From contig JBJCIZ010000736.1 in the NCBI GenBank assembly GCA_051294375.1, forward strand, positions 1 through 10,215: 10,215 nt of DNA, read 5' to 3'. The DNA comes from Paraspadella gotoi (Eukaryota; Animalia; Chaetognatha). This document shows, piece by piece, positions 1-7,346 of the stretch (position 1 is its first letter; every line of letters starts with the position of its first letter). Under the pieces are notes generated by a model, which was not told the origin of the DNA, did not search any database, and saw only the letters and a program-made list of their open reading frames with translations. A program made the translations under genes and the position numbers.

Positions 1-46
1 GAGGAGTGGAAATGAGTTTGCATGGAAAAAACCAGTTGACTTTAAC

Positions 47-380
47 TTTTAGTCAGATCTGCTTATCGGCAGATCCGGAATATAATCCACTTTGTTGGTC
101 GGTCGGTCCGCCCCCTCAATCTTGTCAGGCATTCACTTAAATCATGTCATAACACTTAATTATGATAAATTATGCAAAAATAATTCATGTCCGTCTGTCT
201 GTGCATCCATTTAAAGAATAATTTTGCTGGANNNNNNNNNNATTCACTAAAAAATTTTAGATTTATCTGTTTTAATATGTGATGCTCGCCAATTAAAAGA
301 CTTGTCATGACTTATCACCTGGTTAGCTGGTTATTGCTAAATTATCGTAGGCAGATCCGACATTATTTTCTCAAACTTGT
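47..380 (+). mobile_element. Degenerate DINE-1/HINE-like (Helentron-associated) non-autonomous element
   Basis: The element starts after a T-run. A 5' subterminal repeat gtcagatctgctta (52-65) has an adjacent inverted copy gcagatc (69-75). GTCY-type repeats follow: ggtcggtcggtccg (97-110) and catgtccgtctgtctgt (186-202). An inverted 3' subterminal repeat taggcagatccgac (348-361) precedes a cttgt terminus (376-380). The order matches the known DINE-1 architecture, but no clear 3' stem-loop follows the 3' repeat. Confidence 0.55.
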
Positions 381-1149
381 AGATGGTGTAAGAAGTTCTT
401 GTTNNNNNNNNNNCACGCCATCCAACGTCTGGAGATTTTCGCCAAGCTGCTTGTTAAAGGGTCTAAATCAACTTGCTTGGTTATTGTTTAAAATCAGACC
501 TTAAATAAAATAATCAAGCATATAGATATTCCAGTTACTTTTTCCAGCAAGTATCTGTAATATCTATATTGCAAAACAATGTAAAAATAAAGATTATAAT
601 TAAACAAACATTAACAATGTGATAAATAATAAATTAATCCAATTCGGGATCCACTAAGTGTTATTATTATATATTGAATGGTTTCTAAGCCAGATGGAAT
701 CATGTTTGGAATTGGTAACAATAGAATCAGCTGATTGAATGAAATTTGCGATGTTTCTTTGTTTGTAATAACAAAAGATCAAGTAGTAACAGTTATATAA
801 ATTAATATGAAAGTTTCCAAATATAGAATAACTAAATACCGAAGTGGCGAGCCTTAGCTCGTGGATGCAAGGTTAAANNNNNNNNNNTACAAACTTGTTA
901 TTATTTATGTTTACTCAGAAATGTTTAAATTAATAAGTTAATTAATTAATTAATTAAAGTAAAAAAAATGATTCGAGTTGAAAAAATGATACAAATGAAA
1001 AAATGCTGCAAGTAGAATAAATAATAATAGTGAAAAAAATTATTTGTTTTTACCAAAGTAGCAGTTCAATTTAAGCAAGCAATTTAAATATATTGGTTTG
1101 GTATGATACGATCTGTTATAATCAGTTAGGATCACAAATGGAAAGAAAT

Positions 1150-1221
1150 TTATCATCTGATTAGTTGATTACTGCTCAATTATCATAGGCAGGTCCGACA
1201 TTGTTTGCTTTAACTTGTTTT
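1150..1221 (+). mobile_element. Second 3'-end fragment of the same element family
   Basis: 1150-1218 aligns without gaps to 312-380 at 57/69 identities (hand count), includes taggcaggtccgac and ends in cttgtttt. Confidence 0.6.
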
Positions 1222-2260
1222 AGCTATCTTTTGTCTCTTCCTGTTAAAGTAGAAGTANNNNNNNNNNAATGATATCTATACATAAAAAATGAGTATTTCT
1301 TGTTTTTAATTANNNNNNNNNNAAATGTTAAAATCTTAAAACGATTTTGTTTGGTAATTTTTTTTAGCGGCGGCTTTTAAATAGTCACCATTTAAGAAAA
1401 GACACAATTAGGAATAAACTTCATTTATNNNNNNNNNNCAAACATCTAATATGGCTTTGGTGTTTTTAGAAAACAAGTTGTCATCTACAAAAAAATAAAA
1501 AGAAAACTATAAATAAAATTTTACCATTATTCGCATTGTGTAATGCCTAGCTACAACTTATTCACCTCAACTTTCAAAAAATGCATTCAGCTCAAGATTC
1601 TACAGGAAAATGGCAGTTGGAAAAGGATGCGGTTTTCAAAACCAATAACAAAACAAGTTTACAAGCTGAAGTAACCTCGTTTTTTTATCTTATCTTAATT
1701 TAAAAAAACTGTACTGCTGTTTCTTGGGTGGCCTCTTTGTCTCTGTTTTTTCCTACCCAAATTCTTTTCTCTGTTTTTCCATGGTATATTGAAAAACTTA
1801 ACACATTCTTTTTTGTTAACTCATGACATCTATATTATCTATCTATTTGTAAACTACCTATTCTTATTGGAAATTAAAAAACACACAAAAACTTTACGAA
1901 TAAATTTTATTTTTAAGATTTTACAATGAGAAGTTAANNNNNNNNNNATCTTGAAATTGTTTTATACTTTGTCGTGGTTGGAAATCTTTATTAACCAAAA
2001 GCTGAAAATTTAGTAAAAACAATGGATCAATTAATCTAATTTATTTTTCTGTTTAAATCTTTTAATNNNNNNNNNNATCAATTTTTTTCTTAATAATATT
2101 GAAAAAGGTTTATCTTGTTTTTATTATAAAAATATACAAGAAAAAAGTAAAAAACNNNNNNNNNNGAGCTTTTTCCACTGTATCCATTTTGTACGTACAG
2201 TTTCAGTTACCGTTTACCTACTAAGAGATAAGGGTTTTTTTAATTATTAGTACTTTTTTC

Positions 2261-2314
2261 TTTTTCACAACGAAGTTTATTAATAAATCTATTAATAAAC
2301 TTTGTTGTGAAAAA
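2261..2314. repeat. 25-bp inverted repeat (hairpin) with 4-nt loop
   Basis: tttttcacaacgaagtttattaata - aatc - tattaataaactttgttgtgaaaaa; 24 of 25 positions are complementary. Confidence 0.9.
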
Positions 2315-2596
2315 CAAAAATATTTTCATCTTCAAACCGTACACAAACAAAAAAAGAAAATGAAAAATTCTTAGTACATAGCATTTAGGCATTTGAGACA
2401 TTTCATTTTTTAAAAATAATTTAAAAATTCAACAATATTAAAGATCTATTTATCATATTGAAAAGCATTTATAAATGTAACATGTAAAATAAATAAAATA
2501 ATGAAAAAAAAATATTGATCAACTTTCATATCACAAAAATAAAAAAAAAATAATTGAACTTTTCAGGTAATGATTAACTTACAGTTTACTTACAGA

Positions 2597-2705
2597 TTAA
2601 CCTAAGTTGCACATTGCGTCTTCTCTCCTGATTAAGCCGACTGTTCCATGATTGCAGGAGCACACATTTCCTTCACATTTGCCACCATTAACGTGAAAGG
2701 TACAG
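2597..2705 (-). CDS. Secreted 8-Cys CS-alpha-beta defensin/toxin-like peptide, copy 1, second coding exon
   Basis: Acceptor ttttccttttttccag (AG at 2707-2706). Phase-2 join gives (S)CTFHVNGGKCEGNVCSCNHGTVGLIRREDAMCNLG*, with TAA at 2599-2597. Contains a GxC-x4-CxC gamma-core. Confidence 0.9.
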
Positions 2706-2811
2706 CTGGAAAAAAGGAAAATCAGTTTTAGGTATGATTAGTTTATTTAAGAAAAAATCTTATTTCTAAAGTAAGAAATTGACTAATTCATATAGTTTTG
2801 AAAATTTTTTT

Positions 2812-2841
2812 TAATAAATAAATAAATAAATAAATAAATAA
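2812..2841. repeat. (TAAA)n microsatellite in the coding intron, copy 1
   Basis: About 7 units, running into an N gap. Confidence 0.9.
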
Positions 2842-2964
2842 NNNNNNNNNNNNNCATGGGAAGAAAGTGTATTTATTGATTTGCTTTATGTTTTCATTTG
2901 TTTAACTCAGCCAGACAATTGAAAAAATTAATATATTTGAAAACAACTTTATAAAAGCACTTAC

Positions 2965-3095
2965 CTACACCACAACTGACAATTTAAATCACGATGACCT
3001 TTCAAACAGGTCTCAGAATCGGGATAGATCTTGTCAGTTGCTGTAGCAACATTGACGATGGTACAAACTAATAGAAATGCGAGTGTAGCCTTCAT
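2965..3095 (-). CDS. Secreted 8-Cys CS-alpha-beta defensin/toxin-like peptide, copy 1, first coding exon
   Basis: ATG at 3095 (context acaATGaag) gives MKATLAFLLVCTIVNVATA (signal-peptide-like, ending A-x-A) followed by TDKIYPDSETCLKGHRDLNCQLWC. It ends at a consensus donor AG|gtaagt (2965/2964), so the stop in the ORF track is intronic. Confidence 0.9.
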
Positions 3096-3107
3096 TGTGC
3101 TTTTTGT

Positions 3108-3310
3108 CTGACAAACAAAATAATAACCAAATAAGATTATCATTGCTTGATTATTATTATAGGCCGTGTTATTAACAAATTAGCATCAATTAATTCAAAT
3201 TTAGTTGGTAAGATAAATACAAAACTTTTAGTCTTTAGAAAGTTTTTAGCAACAGAAAGTTTATGATTTATTTTACATTTATTCATTAAAATATATATTA
3301 TTAAACTTAC
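3108..3310 (-). other. Probable 5'-UTR intron, copy 1 (copy 2: 7064-7269)
   Basis: Donor GG|gtaagt at 3310; acceptor ttttgtttgtcag 12 nt upstream of the ATG. Confidence 0.65.
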
Positions 3311-3354
3311 CCAAGTATATAACTTTTGTTGATAAAAATTAGAGATCTGCGAAG

Positions 3355-3387
3355 TTTGATAAAATTATCAATATCAACTCTTTTATA
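3355..3387 (-). promoter_or_regulatory. Core promoter, copy 1 (TATA box and putative TSS at ~3357)
   Basis: cTATAAAAg at 3387-3381, with a TCA initiator-like triplet whose A lies 30 nt downstream. It precedes the 5'-UTR donor by about 47 nt. Confidence 0.6.
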
Positions 3388-5290
3388 GATATAAGGTGAG
3401 GAAAAAAAACAGGTGAAAAAGATCCGGTAAAATAGGAAGAGGAACCATGAGGTTTATTTCAACCAGCTTCATAAATAGTTCATAAAATTTACATGATAAA
3501 AAATATAGAAAATATATAAAATGTTTAAAAAATAATAAAATAAATGGATAAAAAAGTTTCATAAGTACTTTTATAATACAAATGTTAGAATGCTGGTTAT
3601 GTAAATTAATAAAGGATACACTACAGGGTAGTGAATCAAAACTTATAATAAAATTTATCATTAGATTTCAATGTAAAAAAATAATTTAATTTTATTTTAT
3701 AATAATATTTTATAATAATATTTTAATTCATACTCGAACAATACTCCACTGTACCGAGAAGTATGAAACATTGATTGAATTTGCTCCGCGCGCTGGGGAT
3801 TTCAAATAAACCACTTACTAAAATATGTTAAACATTTCCTAGTAGTATGTATGAGGTAATTTAAGGAGAGGTTTATTAAGAATTAGGAATAACAGTATGG
3901 CTAGGTACGGGAACCCGTGGCACGAAAGCCGCAGAGTCCAGATTAGAGCACATATAAAAGGGTGCTGTAAGCAACAATTGTAGGCATGCCCAAAAACCGA
4001 AAATGAGAGATTGCTGGAAGCACCTTTATAGGCTAAAAAATAATTCTAAAGGAGAAGCATAGAATGAAGACTCAATTTAGACATTATTTAGGGAAATTGT
4101 TATCTTTATTACCGGCTATGACCAATTAAGCGTGCAGCAGTTTAAGAAGTTATTTCTAAACCTTGATTATAAAAAAAATTGAGATGCTGTAAAATTTTTT
4201 TTTAAGTTCACACTGTGATGTGCCCCTCTGGCTTGAGTGCGATCTCGGTAAGCTCGGGAAAGAACAATAAACTAATGTATGAAAATATGCAAGGTTAATA
4301 GTATAATGGCAATATACTGCATGCAATCAAATAAAGAAAAAATATGTGCTATATTTATTTGCTAACTGGGGTGTTACAGAGACGGCCAGATGCTTGGCGC
4401 TGACTATAGAAATACGGAGATAGTTCGTATTTCTTGACATTTATGAATAGCCAATACCCTTGCGGTTTAATATGTATGGACTGTTACAAAGAGCTTATTG
4501 TGTTACAGCTGAAAAAAAAGAAATCTTCAAGATGCATATGCAGAATTCTTTTTAACTTTGCTGTCGTAGGCGTTTTAAGGGGGGCGCCCCATAATGGCTT
4601 GTTAACCAAATATTAGATAGGGCTAGGATAAACCGGTTTCTGGAAGTATGGTCAGGATCTATCAGAAGGTTTAAGAAGAGCCGAGCTGTGATTCTTTTGG
4701 GTGCTGTGTCAGGTGTCGTGGTTGGCAACAGTGCTCTATCGCCATTGCATAAATAATTACAACCAAGGTCTGTTCAGGTTTATACTTCAATTTCAATTCT
4801 TTTTATTTTAATAGACACGAATGCGTCATATAGTAAGAAAAAAGGAAAGTGTACGCGATTATTTCTCAAGTTTTAGCAATCCTTATACCCGGTGATTTTA
4901 ATGGTGCGGGGCCAAAATTGAAGCATATTTGATGACTTCTTAGTTTCTAACTCACGAAAAAAATTTCTTTATTTTCCTTCTATTAGCTAAATCATTTCAA
5001 TAGACAACTTGTTGCATGAGTTCATTGGAAATATATGGTTGTTGCAGATGATCGTTAAATATTGTATTAATATATAAACAATTTTTTTTTGTGTATAGAG
5101 ACCTATAGAGCTTGAAAGTTAAAATGAAGTTGAGTACTAGCAATTTTGCGAATATAATTGGTATTAAAAAAAAAAAAAAAAACCTTAAAAAGCACTCATG
5201 CATTATATAGTCATTGGCTGAATTTGTACATAGTTTTTAAATATTTAAAAAATTTTTTATCGATANNNNNNNNNNNNNNNNNNNNNNNNN

Positions 5291-6125
5291 AGAAATATTT
5301 ACTGGAACATGTTATCTTTATTACCCTATGTCCATTAAGCTGCAGCAGTTTAAGAAGTTATTTCTAACCTTGATTATTAAAAAAAAATTTGAGATGCTGT
5401 ANNNNNNNNNNNNNNNNNNNNNNNNNNNNNNNNNNNNNNNNNNAGTGCGATCTCTGTAAGCTTGGAAAACAATAACTAATGTATGAAATATCAAGTTAAT
5501 AGTATAATGCAATATACTGCAGCATCAAATAAAAAAAATATTTGCTATATTTTGCTACTGTGTTACAAACCATTGCTGCAGTCTACTATAGAGTACTGAG
5601 ATTCTATTTCTTGACATTTATGAATAGGCAATACCCTTGGGTTTAATATGTATGGCTGTTACAAAAGGCTTTATTGTTTACAGCTGAAAAAAATGAAGAT
5701 TTCAGATGCATATCAAATTCTTTTTAACTTTGCTTCGTAGGGCGTTTTAAAGGGGGCCCCATATGGCTTTTAACCAAAATATTGATAGGCTAGGATAAAC
5801 CGTTTCTGAGCTATGGGTCAATCTATCAGAAGCGTTTAAGAAGAGCAGCTGTGATTCTTTTGGGTGCTGTGTCAGGTGTCGTTTTTGCAACAGTGCTTAT
5901 CGCATTGCATAAATAATTACAACAAGGTCTGGTTAAGTATCTTCAATTCAATTTTTTTATTTTAATACACACAATGCGTCATATAGTAGAAAAAAAGAAG
6001 AAGTGATACGGATTTTCTAAGTTTTGAATCCTTACCCTGTATTTATTAAGGCGGGCCAAAATTGAACATATTTTATGACTTCTAGTTCTCTCAAAAAATT
6101 TCTTTTTTCCTTCTATTACTAAATC
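5291..6125 (+). repeat. Third copy of the upstream segment (matches 8011-8849)
   Basis: Near-identical to 8011-8849 apart from homopolymer lengths and an N gap; joins directly to the start of copy 2. Confidence 0.95.
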
Positions 6126-6225
6126 AAGAGCTGTTTTCCACTGTATCCATTATTGTACGTACAGTTTCAGTTACCGTTTACCTACTAAGAGATAAGGGTT
6201 TTTTTTAATTATTAGTACTTTTTTC

Positions 6226-6269
6226 TTTTTCACAACGAAGTTTATTAATAAAATCTTTGTTGTGAAAAA
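6226..6269. repeat. Shorter variant of the inverted repeat
   Basis: tttttcacaacgaag-tttattaataaa-at-ctttgttgtgaaaaa; the centre tttattaataaa is itself palindromic. Confidence 0.85.
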
Positions 6270-6551
6270 CAAAAATATTTTCATCTTCAAACCGTGCACA
6301 AACAAAAAAAGAAAATGAAAAATTCTTAGTACATAGCATTTAGGCATTTGAGACATTTCATTTTTTAAAAATAATTTAAAAATTCAACAATATTAAAGAT
6401 CTATTTATCATATTGAAAAGCATTTATAAATGTAACATGTAAAATAAATAAAATAATGAAAAAAAAATATTGATCAACTTTCATATCACAAAAATAAAAT
6501 AAAAATAATTGAACTTTTCAGGTAATGATTAACTTACAGTTTACTTACAGA

Positions 6552-6660
6552 TTAACCTAAGTTGCACATTGCGTCTTCTCTCCTGATTAAGCCGACTGTT
6601 CCATGATTGCAGGAGCACACATTTCCTTCACATTTGCCACCATTAACGTGAAAGGTACAG
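6552..6660 (-). CDS. Secreted 8-Cys CS-alpha-beta defensin/toxin-like peptide, copy 2, second coding exon
   Basis: Identical to 2597-2705; acceptor AG at 6662-6661 and stop at 6554-6552. Confidence 0.9.
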
Positions 6661-6766
6661 CTGGAAAAAAGGAAAATCAGTTTTAGGTATGATTAGTTTA
6701 TTTAAGAAAAAATCTTATTTCTAAAGTAAGAAATTGACTAATTCATATAGTTTTGAAAATTTTTTT

Positions 6767-6797
6767 TAATAAATAAATAAATAAATAAATAAATAAA
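6767..6797. repeat. (TAAA)n microsatellite in the coding intron, copy 2
   Basis: About 7 units. Confidence 0.9.
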
Positions 6798-6920
6798 AAT
6801 ATATGTTATCATGGGAAGAAAGTGTATTTATTGATTTGCTTTATGTTTTCATTTGTTTTAACTCAGCCAGACAATTGAAAAAATTAATATATTTGAAAAC
6901 AACTTTATAAAAGCACTTAC

Positions 6921-7051
6921 CTACACCACAACTGACAATTTAAATCACGATGACCTTTCAAACAGGTCTCAGAATCGGGATAGATCTTGTCAGTTGCTGT
7001 AGCAACATTGACGATGGTACAAACTAATAGAAATGCGAGTGTAGCCTTCAT
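6921..7051 (-). CDS. Secreted 8-Cys CS-alpha-beta defensin/toxin-like peptide, copy 2, first coding exon
   Basis: Identical to 2965-3095; ATG at 7051, donor AG|gtaagt at 6921/6920, followed by a 260-nt intron. Confidence 0.9.
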
Positions 7052-7313
7052 TGTGCTTTTTGTCTGACAAACAAAATAATAACCAAATAAGATTATCATT
7101 GCTTGATTATTATTATAGGCCGTGTTATTAACAAATTAGCATCAATTAATTCAAATTTAGTTGGTAAGATAAATACAAAACTTTTAGTCTTTTAGAAAGT
7201 TTTTAGCAACAGAAAGTTTATGATTTATTTTACATTTATTCATTAAAATATATTATTATTAAACTTTACCCAAGTATATAACTTTTGTTGATAAAAATTA
7301 GAGATCTGCGAAG

Positions 7314-7346
7314 TTTGATAAAATTATCAATATCAACTCTTTTATA
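7314..7346 (-). promoter_or_regulatory. Core promoter, copy 2
   Basis: TATAAAA at 7346-7340, in the same context as copy 1. Confidence 0.6.

Larger units (their letters stand above)
2166..5265 (+). repeat. Duplicated segment, copy 1 (matches ~6128-9106); noisy after ~3790
   Basis: Near-identical to 6128-7750 up to ~3790, then colinear with 7751-9106 but with many small insertions. Confidence 0.95.

Noticed and set aside
307-504. 65-aa plus-strand ORF
   Set aside because: It overlaps the repeat terminus and crosses an N gap.
848-900. Small GC hairpin cgagc-ctta-gctcg followed by aaacttgtt, like a Helitron/Helentron 3' end
   Set aside because: The stem is only 5 bp, an N gap intervenes and there is no second copy in the window.
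1543-1698. Two overlapping ~40-aa plus-strand frames
   Set aside because: Short, with no convincing transposase or other motif and no clear splice context.
3096-3143. N-terminal extension MIILFGYYFVCQTKST in the ORF track (also 7052-7099)
   Set aside because: The upstream ATG lies in the predicted 5'-UTR intron, and the signal peptide begins at MKATL.
3383-3661. 92-aa minus-strand ORF
   Set aside because: F/L/I-rich translation of AT-rich promoter DNA; the frame is broken in copy 2 by an extra base near 7561.
3795-3804. GGGGATTTCA, a good kappaB-like site
   Set aside because: It lies in the noisy segment; the cleaner copy reads ccggatttca.
4434-5512. ORFs at 4434, 4997, 5158 and 5321, and a DRE-like TATCGATA at ~5258-5265
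   Set aside because: They fall in the error-rich fill or cross N gaps; the DRE-like site is absent from copy 2.
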